This document shows, one piece after another, positions 8,607 through 17,880 of a stretch of DNA of 64,000 nt. The translations under genes and the position numbers were made by a program. The stretch covers positions 203,951-267,950 of the forward strand of contig SVSP01000001.1 in assembly GCA_015064255.1 (NCBI GenBank). Reading direction: 5' to 3'. Source of the stretch: Oscillospiraceae bacterium (GTDB taxonomy: Bacteria; Bacillota; Clostridia; Oscillospirales; CAG-272). Positions within the stretch are counted from its first letter, which is position 1. Every line of letters begins with the position of its first letter. A model generated the notes under the pieces. The model saw nothing but the letters and a program-made list of their open reading frames with translations. It was not told the DNA's origin and did not search any database.

Positions 8607-8978
8607 ATGATATCTCTCGAACAACTTGCTGCTATAAGAGACAAGATGAAAGACAAGGTTGTGATTCGTGAAGGCGCAGCCGAAACAAGAGTAGTTGTCG
8701 GAATGGCAACATGCGGAATCGCTGCAGGTGCAAGACCGATCCTCAACGCATTCGTTGACGGTGTTGCAAAGGAAGGACTTAATGACAAGGTTACCGTTTC
8801 TCAGACCGGTTGCATAGGAATTTGTCAGTATGAGCCCGTTGTAGAAGTATTCGAAAGCGGAAAAGAAAAGGTTACATATGTAAAGCTTACCGCTGAAAAG
8901 GTTGAAAAGATCATAAAAGAACATCTCGTAGGCGGAAACGTAGTAACTGAATATACTATCGGCGCTATTAATAAGTAA
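8607..8978 (+). CDS. Thioredoxin-like [2Fe-2S] ferredoxin
   Basis: 123 aa, 'GMATCGIAAGA ... TGCIGICQYEP' pattern. RBS GGAGG. Confidence 0.7.
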   Translation: MISLEQLAAIRDKMKDKVVIREGAAETRVVVGMATCGIAAGARPILNAFVDGVAKEGLNDKVTVSQTGCIGICQYEPVVEVFESGKEKVTYVKLTAEKVEKIIKEHLVGGNVVTEYTIGAINK

Positions 8979-9000
8979 AAACAGAAAGGAATAGAAACAA

Positions 9001-10794
9001 ATGGTACGTTCACATGTATTGGTTTGCGGCGGAACCGGCTGTACTTCTTCGGGAAGTGCTAAGGTAATTGATGCTCTTAATGCAGAAATCGCGGCAAAAG
9101 GACTTGCAGATGAAATAAAGGTTGTTAAGACCGGTTGCTTCGGACTTTGTGCACTCGGTCCGATCATGATAGTTTATCCCGAGGGAACATTCTATCACAG
9201 CGTAAAGGCAGAAGATATTGCAGAGATCGTTGAGGAGCATTTCCTTAAGGGTCGTCCCGTTGCAAGACTCGTATATCACGAGAAGGAAGCAGAAGTAGCT
9301 GTTGCTACATCGCTCAGCGATACTGCATTCTATAAGAAACAGAAGAGAGTTGCTCTTCGTAACTGCGGTGTTATTAACCCCGAAAATATTGAAGAATACA
9401 TAGCTGTTGACGGTTATCAGGCACTTGGTAAGGTTCTTACCGAAATGACTCCCGATGACGTTATTCAGACAGTTCTCGACTCCGGACTTCGCGGACGCGG
9501 AGGCGGCGGATTCCCCACAGGTCTTAAGTGGAAGTTCGCTTCCGGCAACAGAGGCAACGTAAAGAAGTATGTTGCTTGTAACGCCGACGAAGGTGACCCC
9601 GGTGCATTTATGGACCGTTCTATCCTTGAAGGCGACCCCCATGCAGTTATCGAAGCTATGGCTATCGCAGGATATGCTATCGGTGCTGATGAAGGTTACG
9701 TATATGTTCGTGCTGAATATCCTATCGCTATTCACCGTCTTGAAATTGCTATCAAGCAGGCTCACGAGTACGGACTCCTCGGCGAAAACATTTTCGGTAC
9801 AGGCTTTAACTTTGACGTTAAGATCCGTTTCGGTGCAGGTGCATTCGTATGCGGAGAAGAAACAGCTCTTATGACCTCTATTGAGGGTAACAGAGGTGAG
9901 CCCAGACCTCGTCCTCCGTTCCCTGCAGTTAAGGGTCTTTTCGGACAGCCTACCGTACTTAACAACGTTGAAACATACGCAAATATTCCTCAGATCATAC
10001 TCAAGGGTGTAGAATGGTTCACATCTATGGGTACTGAAAAGTCCAAGGGAACAAAGGTATTCGCACTCGGCGGAAACATCACTAACACAGGTCTTGTTGA
10101 AGTTCCTATGGGAACAACACTCCGTGAAGTTGTTGAAGAGATCGGCGGCGGTATCCCCGGCGGCAAGAAGTTCAAGGCAGCTCAGACAGGTGGTCCTTCG
10201 GGCGGATGTATCACAGCAGAAAACCTCGATACACCTATCGACTACGATAACCTTATAGCTCTCGGCTCTATGATGGGTTCGGGCGGACTTATCGTTATGG
10301 ACGAAGACAACTGTATGGTTGACATAGCTCGTTTCTTCCTTGACTTTACAGTTGATGAATCTTGCGGTAAGTGTACACCTTGCCGTGTAGGTACAAAGAG
10401 AATGCTTGAGATCCTCGATAAGATCATCGCAGGTAACGGTACTCTTGAAGACCTTGATAAGCTCGAAGAGCTTGCTAACTACATTAAGTCTGCATCGCTT
10501 TGCGGTCTCGGACAGACAGCTCCTAACCCTGTAATCTCTACTCTCCGCAACTTCAGAGATGAATACGTTGCTCACGTAGTTGATAAGAAGTGTCCCGCGG
10601 GCGTATGTAAAAATCTGCTTCAGTACGTTATCGATGCTGATAAGTGTAAGGGATGTACTCTCTGTGCAAGAAAGTGTCCTGTAAACGCTATCTCCGGTAC
10701 AGTTAAGCAGCCTCATGTAATCGACTCGTCCAAGTGCGTTAAGTGTGGCGTATGTATGTCCACATGTAAGTTCGGCGCAATAAGCAAACAGTAA
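9001..10794 (+). CDS. hydB: NuoF-like FMN/NADH-binding flavoprotein subunit
   Basis: N-terminal 2Fe-2S fold (VCGGTGC...GCFGLCALGP), 'GRGGGGFPTG' FMN site, 'ESCGKCTPCR' cluster, and two C-terminal 4Fe-4S motifs (CKGCTLCARKCP, CVKCGVCMSTC). Confidence 0.9.
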   Translation: MVRSHVLVCGGTGCTSSGSAKVIDALNAEIAAKGLADEIKVVKTGCFGLCALGPIMIVYPEGTFYHSVKAEDIAEIVEEHFLKGRPVARLVYHEKEAEVAVATSLSDTAFYKKQKRVALRNCGVINPENIEEYIAVDGYQALGKVLTEMTPDDVIQTVLDSGLRGRGGGGFPTGLKWKFASGNRGNVKKYVACNADEGDPGAFMDRSILEGDPHAVIEAMAIAGYAIGADEGYVYVRAEYPIAIHRLEIAIKQAHEYGLLGENIFGTGFNFDVKIRFGAGAFVCGEETALMTSIEGNRGEPRPRPPFPAVKGLFGQPTVLNNVETYANIPQIILKGVEWFTSMGTEKSKGTKVFALGGNITNTGLVEVPMGTTLREVVEEIGGGIPGGKKFKAAQTGGPSGGCITAENLDTPIDYDNLIALGSMMGSGGLIVMDEDNCMVDIARFFLDFTVDESCGKCTPCRVGTKRMLEILDKIIAGNGTLEDLDKLEELANYIKSASLCGLGQTAPNPVISTLRNFRDEYVAHVVDKKCPAGVCKNLLQYVIDADKCKGCTLCARKCPVNAISGTVKQPHVIDSSKCVKCGVCMSTCKFGAISKQ

Positions 10795-10810
10795 GGAGGA
10801 GACGGACGAT

Positions 10811-12550
10811 ATGGAAATGATTAATATTAAAATAAACGGCAAGGATTACACTGTTCCGAAGGGAATTACTGTTCTCGAAGCCGCAAAAATGGCAAATATA
10901 GATATCCCCACTCTCTGCTACCTCAAGGATATAAACGAGATCGGTGCTTGCCGTCTCTGCCTTGTTGAAGTAAAGGGCGCAAGAGGTCTCGTTACCGCTT
11001 GTGTATATCCCGTTGACCGTGACGGAATGGAGATCGTTACAAACTCTCCCGCAATTATGAAATCCAGAAAGATGAACCTCGAGCTTCTTCTTTCTAACCA
11101 CGACAGAAAGTGCCTCTCCTGCGTACGTTCCACAACGTGCGAACTTCAGAAGCTCTGCCGTGAATATGAGGTTGACGAAGAATATTTCTCGGGCGATAAG
11201 ACCGAAAAGTATTTCGATACCTCTTCTGCAGCTATCGTACGTGATTCCAGCAAATGTATCCTTTGCCGCCGCTGCTCCGCAGTATGTAACAAGGTACAGG
11301 GAATCGGCGTAATCGGTGCTAACGACCGTGGTTTCGATACACATATCGGATGCACGTTCGATACAAACCTCGGTGATACATCTTGTATCAACTGCGGACA
11401 GTGCGTAGTTGCTTGTCCTACAGGTGCACTTTATGAAGTTGACCATACCGAAAAGGTATTCGAGGCTATTTCCGATCCTACAAAGCACGTAGCTATCTGC
11501 TGCGCACCTTCGGTTCGTGCACAGATCGGCGAATGCTTCGGATATGCTCCCGGAACAGATACAGAAGGAAAGATGATCACAGCTATCAAGGCTCTCGGCT
11601 TTGACGGTGTTTACGATATGAACCTTACCGCTGACCTCACCATTATGGAAGAGGCTACCGAATTCCTCGGCAGAGTTAAGAACGGCGGAAAGCTTCCTAT
11701 GATCACATCTTGCTCACCCGGATGGATCAAGTTCTGCGAACATTACTTCCCCGAAATGACAGAAAACCTTTCTACATGTAAGTCTCCTCAGCAGATGTTC
11801 GGTGCTATGTATAAGACATACTATGCACAGAAGGTAGGACTCGATCCTAAGGACATCGTATTCGTATCTGCAATTCCTTGTACAGCTAAGAAGTTCGAGG
11901 TAGGCAGAGACGGACAGAACGCAGCAGGCGTTCCTGACGTTGACTACGCTATCACAACACGTGAGCTCGGCAGAATGATCCAGAAGGCTGGTATCGACTT
12001 CTGTGCTCTTGAAGACGGTCAGTTCGATAATCCCTTTGATATCGGATCGGGCGCAGGCGTTATCTTCGGTGCAACAGGCGGCGTTATGGAAGCTGCTCTT
12101 CGTACAGCAGCTGAAGTTATCGAAGGCAAGCCTCTCGAAAAGCTTGAATTTGAAGACGTTCGCGGAACAGAAGGTATCAAGTTTGCTTCCTATAAGCTCG
12201 GCGATATGACTCTTAACGTTGCAGTTACTTCGGGTACAGCAAATGCTAAGAAGCTTCTTCGTGACGTTCAGGCAGGCAAGGTAGACGTTCAGTTTATCGA
12301 AGTTATGGCGTGCCCCGGCGGTTGCGTAAACGGTGGTGGACAGCCTTATCAGCCCGCTTCTGTTCGTAACTCTGTTGATCTCAGAGCACTCCGTGCGGCA
12401 GTTCTTTACAACGACGATAAGAACGCAGATCTTCGTAAGTCTCACGAAAACAGCGCAGTTAAGAAGCTTTATGAAGAATACTTCGGTGAGCCTAACAGCC
12501 ATAAGGCACACGAAATTCTCCATACACACTACGTAAAGCGCGGTCTTTAA
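10811..12550 (+). CDS. hydA: [FeFe]-hydrogenase catalytic subunit, multimeric NADH-dependent/bifurcating type
   Basis: N-terminal 2Fe-2S and ferredoxin-like Cys clusters. H-cluster motifs 'IPCTAKKFE' and 'EVMACPGGCVNGGGQP'. The L1 motif reads 'TSCSPGW'. Confidence 0.9.
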   Translation: MEMINIKINGKDYTVPKGITVLEAAKMANIDIPTLCYLKDINEIGACRLCLVEVKGARGLVTACVYPVDRDGMEIVTNSPAIMKSRKMNLELLLSNHDRKCLSCVRSTTCELQKLCREYEVDEEYFSGDKTEKYFDTSSAAIVRDSSKCILCRRCSAVCNKVQGIGVIGANDRGFDTHIGCTFDTNLGDTSCINCGQCVVACPTGALYEVDHTEKVFEAISDPTKHVAICCAPSVRAQIGECFGYAPGTDTEGKMITAIKALGFDGVYDMNLTADLTIMEEATEFLGRVKNGGKLPMITSCSPGWIKFCEHYFPEMTENLSTCKSPQQMFGAMYKTYYAQKVGLDPKDIVFVSAIPCTAKKFEVGRDGQNAAGVPDVDYAITTRELGRMIQKAGIDFCALEDGQFDNPFDIGSGAGVIFGATGGVMEAALRTAAEVIEGKPLEKLEFEDVRGTEGIKFASYKLGDMTLNVAVTSGTANAKKLLRDVQAGKVDVQFIEVMACPGGCVNGGGQPYQPASVRNSVDLRALRAAVLYNDDKNADLRKSHENSAVKKLYEEYFGEPNSHKAHEILHTHYVKRGL

Positions 12551-12563
12551 TCTTTAAACTATG

Positions 12564-12601
12564 CAAATCCACAGATTTTTCGTCTGTGGATTTGTTTTTT
12601 T
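12564..12601 (+). terminator. Intrinsic terminator of the hyd operon
   Basis: CAAATCCACAGA-tttttcg-TCTGTGGATTTG followed by TTTTTTT. Confidence 0.85.
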
Positions 12602-12673
12602 GATATAAATCTTGCATTCGCGGTATTTTTGTGATATCATAAAAATATAATAACTGTAAACGGAGGACGTTTT

Positions 12674-13903
12674 ATGATAGTTAAGCAGTATATAAAAGAT
12701 TTTGAAAATCTCGGAATAGGAATGTTCGTTCATTTTGGTCTGTATAGCTTGATCGGAAAGGGCGAATGGGTAAGGCATTTGCATAATATTCCGGCTGAAG
12801 AATACGAGGTTCTCAGAGATAAGTTTGCTCCGAAGGAAACTTGGGCAAAAGAGCTTGTAGCAACAGCCAAAAAAGCGGGATGTAAATATATTACCATCAC
12901 AGCCCGCCATCACGACGGATTTTCTCTGTACGATACCTGCGGACTCAGCGAATTCGATGCACCGCATGGTTGCGGACGTGACCTTATTCGCGAATTTGTT
13001 GATGCTTGCCGTGAAAATGATATAATTCCGTTCTTCTACCATACGCTTCTTGACTGGCATGCACCCGATTATAATGCGGATTTTCCGAAATATCTCGAAT
13101 ATCTTCGTAAAAGCGTAGAAATTCTATGCAAAAACTACGGTAAGATAGGCGGAATGTGGTTTGACGGAATGTGGAACAAATGGGGGTCGGATTGGGAAGA
13201 AGACGCACTCTACTCAATGATGCGTTCATATCAGCCTGAAATGATGATAATAAATAATACGGGTCTTGATAAACGAGGCGCACTTGGCCATATAGAGCTT
13301 GACAGCGTTACGTTTGAAGCGGGAAGACCGCAGAGAATAAACCTTGAGGGTTCACCTAAGTATATTGCAAGCGAAATGTGTCAGACGCTTGAACAGCATT
13401 GGGGATACGCTAAAAAGGATCTTAACTATAAGTCGCTCGCAACTCTTATAGAGGATCTCGCGTCCTGCCGTAAGGTTGGCTCGAACTATCTTCTTAACGT
13501 CGGCCCTATGGGTGACGGAATCCTCAGACCTCTTGATAAAGCACTGCTTGAAACTCTTGGCGAATGGGTGGAAATGAACGACGAATCACTTCGCTCGCCG
13601 CGTCCTACCGATATAAAGGTAGACGAAAACGAAAAGGACTTCGTGCTTGATGACGGAAACGGAAACTCTTATCTCTTCGTACACGATCTCGGCACTCTTG
13701 CAGATCCTAACGTAATGGTCCCGAGAGAGGCAAAATATATGCGAAGCTTTGCCTTTGATAAGAAGATAAAAGAGGTAAAATGGCTTGATAACGGTCAGAT
13801 ACTTGATTTTGTTCAGAATGAAGATAAGACTTCGATAGTCACAAGACCTTACGCATACGGCGAAAATACGGTAATAAGAGTGGCAAAAATAATAAGTGAA
13901 TAA
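12674..13903 (+). CDS. Alpha-L-fucosidase (GH29-like), cytoplasmic
   Basis: 'GMFVHFGLYS' and 'TARHHDGFSLYDT' GH29 signature blocks. No signal peptide. Confidence 0.75.
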   Translation: MIVKQYIKDFENLGIGMFVHFGLYSLIGKGEWVRHLHNIPAEEYEVLRDKFAPKETWAKELVATAKKAGCKYITITARHHDGFSLYDTCGLSEFDAPHGCGRDLIREFVDACRENDIIPFFYHTLLDWHAPDYNADFPKYLEYLRKSVEILCKNYGKIGGMWFDGMWNKWGSDWEEDALYSMMRSYQPEMMIINNTGLDKRGALGHIELDSVTFEAGRPQRINLEGSPKYIASEMCQTLEQHWGYAKKDLNYKSLATLIEDLASCRKVGSNYLLNVGPMGDGILRPLDKALLETLGEWVEMNDESLRSPRPTDIKVDENEKDFVLDDGNGNSYLFVHDLGTLADPNVMVPREAKYMRSFAFDKKIKEVKWLDNGQILDFVQNEDKTSIVTRPYAYGENTVIRVAKIISE

Positions 13904-13940
13904 AAATATATAAAAAAACTGTTTTTTACCAAATTATTAC

Positions 13941-13969
13941 TTGACTTTAAACAAAGTGTATGGTACAAT
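13941..13969 (+). promoter_or_regulatory. Sigma-A type promoter
   Basis: TTGACT, 17 nt spacer, TACAAT. Confidence 0.55.
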
Positions 13970-14023
13970 ATACCCAATGGTACGTATGTATCAAAAAATG
14001 TATTTTTGAAGGGAAAAATAACA

Positions 14024-14638
14024 ATGAAAAGAATTTTAGCAATTTTGTTACTCGCATCTATGATGCTCGTTATGGCAAGCTGCGGAGCTTCCGGTCCTGA
14101 AAAGACTGTTGAAAAGTATGTAGAATCTATCCTTGATTATGATTTCAAGAAGGCTTCCAAGTACGTTGCAGTTGACTACAAGGATATGTTCGAAATGATG
14201 ATTGCTCAGAGAATGGAAGAGGGCGAAATCAGCAAGAAGGAAGTTTATGAAGAACTTTCCGAAGAACTTGATGCTGACATAAAGAGCTACAACGACTACA
14301 TTAAGTATCTCAAGAAGACAGCTAAGGAATCTATGGAAGAAGAATTCGACGGCAAGTACGATATCGAAGTTTCTGTAGTAGCTTCTGAAATTCTTGAAGA
14401 AGATGCAAAGTATGCAGCACTCAAGTCTGCTTCCGCTACGTATGATTCGAGCAAGATAATTCTTTCCGAAGAAATCAACCTCGCAAAGGTTAAGGAATGC
14501 CGCAAGGTAACAGTTAAGGCTTACTTCTATGAAGATAAGTCTGATGTGTTCTCGTATGCTCAGTCTCTTGAAGTTACCGTTGTTAAGATCGGCAGCAAGT
14601 GGATCATTCTTGACGGCGGAATGGGAATGATGGGTTAA
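14024..14638 (+). CDS. Putative lipoprotein of unknown function
   Basis: Signal peptide with lipobox 'LVMASCG'. Start taken at ATG 14024; the listed 14006 is a TTG. Confidence 0.6.
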   Translation: MKRILAILLLASMMLVMASCGASGPEKTVEKYVESILDYDFKKASKYVAVDYKDMFEMMIAQRMEEGEISKKEVYEELSEELDADIKSYNDYIKYLKKTAKESMEEEFDGKYDIEVSVVASEILEEDAKYAALKSASATYDSSKIILSEEINLAKVKECRKVTVKAYFYEDKSDVFSYAQSLEVTVVKIGSKWIILDGGMGMMG

Positions 14639-14653
14639 TTAAAATACTCAAAT

Positions 14654-14687
14654 AAAATACGGCTTCATTTTGAAGCCGTATTTTTTT
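14654..14687. terminator. Bidirectional terminator between convergent genes
   Basis: ATACGGCTTCA-ttt-TGAAGCCGTAT flanked by an A-run and a T-run. Confidence 0.8.
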
Positions 14688-15594
14688 ACTCATTTATGTT
14701 CAAATTTCCGTTAATGTGCAGATTAGAGTAGGTCTTTCTGTAAGCACCCGGACTTATGTCGCACATCTTTTTGAATACGCGGAAAAAATATTTGTCGTCG
14801 GAAAATCCGCACTTGTACGCAATCTCGCTTATTTCGAGATTGGTACTTCTCAGAAGCTTTTTGGCAAGATTTATCCTGCTTTCTGTTATGTGATCAACAA
14901 GCGATTTTGCCGTTATTTTTTTTACGAGTGTGGTAAGATATTCGCTGTTGTATCCGAAATAATCGGCGACATCGCTGACACGCTTTATTTCGGAAGCGTT
15001 GAGGCGTATCCATTCAATAATATTTGCAACGGTTGCTTCCTGCGAAAGGGAAGCGTTGTCATCACACATTGTGCCGCTGAAAGCAAGCTCTTCGATTATT
15101 ATTTCTAAAAAATTTCCGCAAATAGTTTTGGATAAGGGTGAAGGTGAGCGCGAAGAATCAATGAGTTGATGAAATAACAGGTGCATTTTTTCGTGCGCAG
15201 TTACCTTGCCGAAAAGAGGAATACTGATTGCCGAATTTTCTCCGAATGTCAGTATTTGGTTATGCACGGCATCTTCATCTATGCTGTAATTACCGCGGAT
15301 GTAAAAGTGACACCAGTAATACGAAACTCCGGGGGGAGATTCTTCTGTTCCGTAGTGCTCGCGCATAGCAGGTAAGATTATATAGTCATTTGGAGATAGC
15401 GAATAATTGTTTACGCTGTTGTTAATATGAACTGTGCCGCTTACTCCGTAAAGAATAACAAAGCTGTCGATGGTTCTGCGCTGATGCAGCATAGGTTGCT
15501 TTTCGGAAACGAATTTTCCTGCGGTACAGTATTCCGTTAGCGTTGCACCGGGCTTTAATGCTATAGTTGAAGACATGATATAATAATTTTCCAC
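14686..15594 (-). CDS. AraC-family transcriptional regulator
   Basis: N-terminal cupin-like sensor and C-terminal double HTH ('SEIAYKCGFSDDKYFFRVFKK'). Start is uncertain: GTG 15594 or ATG 15576. Confidence 0.8.
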   Translation of the reverse strand: MENYYIMSSTIALKPGATLTEYCTAGKFVSEKQPMLHQRRTIDSFVILYGVSGTVHINNSVNNYSLSPNDYIILPAMREHYGTEESPPGVSYYWCHFYIRGNYSIDEDAVHNQILTFGENSAISIPLFGKVTAHEKMHLLFHQLIDSSRSPSPLSKTICGNFLEIIIEELAFSGTMCDDNASLSQEATVANIIEWIRLNASEIKRVSDVADYFGYNSEYLTTLVKKITAKSLVDHITESRINLAKKLLRSTNLEISEIAYKCGFSDDKYFFRVFKKMCDISPGAYRKTYSNLHINGNLNINE

Positions 15595-15718
15595 CTATTC
15601 TGTGTATATTTACGTTGACCTGAAAAAATAAATATTATATACTAAAGCTGTAAGATAAATATATCTTAATACTTTTACAGAGTAATGTCAAGTATATTTT
15701 TGAGAAAAGGGTATAAAA

Positions 15719-17617
15719 ATGAAAGGAGTTAAAATAAAAATGAAAAATACTTCAAAGAATATTTTACCTGCATATCCCGAGCTTAAAAGAGTATCACTTA
15801 ACGGAGGCTTCTTTGGAGAGTGGTCAAAAATGATAAGTACCGTGTCTGCTAAAGACATACTGTACAAATTCAATTCGGAAGGCGCACTCGCCAATTATGA
15901 ACGTGTTGCCCGCGGCGAGAGTAAAGGCCATGTCGGTCCGCCTTGGTATCACGGACTTATTTGCGAATGTATAAGAGGTATTTCAGACCTTCTTGTTCAC
16001 TCGTATGATAAGGAGCTTGATGATGAGCTTGACAGAATAATTGCGCTTATGAAAAAGGCACAGGACGCAGATCCCGAAAACTATATAAATCCTTATACTA
16101 CGCTTGAACGCCCGAATCAGCGTTGGGGTGATAACGGCGGAGATATACTTTTTCAGCACGAAACTTATAACACGGGTGCACTTGCAGAAGCCGGTGTTCA
16201 CCACTATATCGCAACGGGTAAGACGTCTGTTCTTGAAATTGCGGTTAAAATGTGTAACTATCTTGCGGATTTTGTAGGAGATGCACCGAAGCATAACGTG
16301 GTTGGTGAGCATTCTATATCGGAAGAATCGTTTATAAAGCTCTGTCATTTGTTCAGAGAAAACAAAGAGCTTTCCGATAAGCTTGGGGCGCGCCCCGAAG
16401 AATATCTTCGCGTAGCGAGATATTTCGTCGATCATAAGGGTGATAACGAAACGAGATATACATCTCCGAAATTCCTCCGCGAATACGCACAGGATCATAG
16501 ACCTGCGCGTGAGCAGAGAGAAGCGATAGGACACGCAGTACGCGCAACACTTTTCTATACGGGTATGGCTACTCTTGCGCTTGAAGATCAGGACGAAGAG
16601 CTTGCCAACGCTTGTAAGACGATATGGAAGGACGTTGTAGAAACCAAGCTTCACATCAACGGCTCGGTCGGCGCACACAGACACGAGGAAAAATTCGGAA
16701 TTCAGTATGCACTTCCCAACGACGCATATCTTGAAACCTGCGCGGGTGTAGGACTTGTTTTCTGGGGAAGTGAACTCTTTAAGATAACTCCCACCGCATC
16801 AATATGGGAAACGGTAGAAGCTACCGTATATAATCTTATGCCGGCATCCGTTTCGGAGGATGGAGTAAGATACACATATGAGAATCCGCTTGAAAGCCGC
16901 GGCAACTATGACCGCTGGGAGTGGCACGGATGTCCTTGCTGTCCTCCGATGCTTCTGAAAATTGCAGGATTCCTTCCGAGAATGATATTTGCCGAAAACG
17001 GTAATAATATCTGGCTGAATCTCTATATTGACAGTATTCTTAAACGTGACGATGCGACAGTTACTCTTAAAGAAAACAAAATTACGGTAAATACCGAAAA
17101 CGGCAGTACAAATCTTACTTTCAGAATAAGAATCCCCGAGTGGTCGAGAAATTTCAAACTTACATATAACGGCGAGGCTTGCGATTTTGAAAGTGAAGAC
17201 GGATATGCGGTAATAAGTAAGAACTTCTCGGATGGCGATACTGTTTGTATGATATACGATACGCCGATAGTAAAATATATGGCACATCCGTACGTAAGAG
17301 CAGACGTAAACAGAGTTGCAATAAAGCACGGACCGCTTCTTTACTGCGCTGAAAGCATCGATAACGGTAAATACGAGGTATGGGAAGATCTTGATTTCGA
17401 TATTTCCGAGGATGCAGAGCTTGTGCTTGAAGAAAACGGAAATATTACGGGTAAGCGGGTAAACGGTGAAAGCTTCACGCTTATTCCTTACCGCCACTGG
17501 AATAACAGAGGCGCACATCCGATGCGTATATGGTTTAAGCAGAAGGGCTATACTACCGATCCTATGAATACAGAAGGCTGGGATGGCAAGCTTTACCGTC
17601 CGTATGCCGAATATTAA
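15719..17617 (+). CDS. GH127-like beta-L-arabinofuranosidase family protein (DUF1680)
   Basis: 'LETCAGVG' and 'WHGCPCCPP' match the Glu/Cys Zn-site and Cys-nucleophile blocks of GH127. No signal peptide. Confidence 0.75.
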   Translation: MKGVKIKMKNTSKNILPAYPELKRVSLNGGFFGEWSKMISTVSAKDILYKFNSEGALANYERVARGESKGHVGPPWYHGLICECIRGISDLLVHSYDKELDDELDRIIALMKKAQDADPENYINPYTTLERPNQRWGDNGGDILFQHETYNTGALAEAGVHHYIATGKTSVLEIAVKMCNYLADFVGDAPKHNVVGEHSISEESFIKLCHLFRENKELSDKLGARPEEYLRVARYFVDHKGDNETRYTSPKFLREYAQDHRPAREQREAIGHAVRATLFYTGMATLALEDQDEELANACKTIWKDVVETKLHINGSVGAHRHEEKFGIQYALPNDAYLETCAGVGLVFWGSELFKITPTASIWETVEATVYNLMPASVSEDGVRYTYENPLESRGNYDRWEWHGCPCCPPMLLKIAGFLPRMIFAENGNNIWLNLYIDSILKRDDATVTLKENKITVNTENGSTNLTFRIRIPEWSRNFKLTYNGEACDFESEDGYAVISKNFSDGDTVCMIYDTPIVKYMAHPYVRADVNRVAIKHGPLLYCAESIDNGKYEVWEDLDFDISEDAELVLEENGNITGKRVNGESFTLIPYRHWNNRGAHPMRIWFKQKGYTTDPMNTEGWDGKLYRPYAEY

Positions 17618-17624
17618 GTTAAAA

Positions 17625-17668
17625 AAACAGAGTGCGGAACTTAAAATCCACACTCTGTTTGTCTTTTT
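17625..17668 (+). terminator. Intrinsic terminator
   Basis: AAACAGAGTG...CACTCTGTTT followed by GTCTTTTT. Confidence 0.7.
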
Positions 17669-17765
17669 GGCAAAGTAAAATCAAAAATGGACTTTGTCTT
17701 ATTTTTAACATAAAAGTCAACAAATAAGAGTATAAAAGCTCTGCTTTTTTGTTGCTTATTGGCAC

Positions 17766-17794
17766 TTGACATAAATGCATTTAAGTGGTAATAT
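17766..17794 (+). promoter_or_regulatory. Sigma-A type promoter
   Basis: TTGACA, 17 nt spacer, TAATAT. Confidence 0.55.
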
Positions 17795-17880
17795 TAGCAG
17801 TGGTTTGTTTTGTGTTCAGACCTATTAATTTATGAAATGAGGCGTTTTTTACGAATACTATACTTTCTATTGCAGTAGCT

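Noticed and set aside
9010-10842. Very long antisense ORFs opposite real genes. Examples are the 610-aa ORF opposite hydB, 29625-31460 opposite the ABC gene, 40337-41647 opposite DUF5107-2, 44983-46209 opposite the ATPase and 23180-24244 opposite CE15.
   Set aside because: They lie in the codon-aligned antisense frame of genes with strong family motifs. In that frame, stops arise only from sense TTA, CTA and TCA codons, which these genes rarely use. Their translations are low-complexity, Cys/Phe/Arg-rich and motif-free, and they lack RBSs. This is a codon-usage artefact, not overlapping genes.
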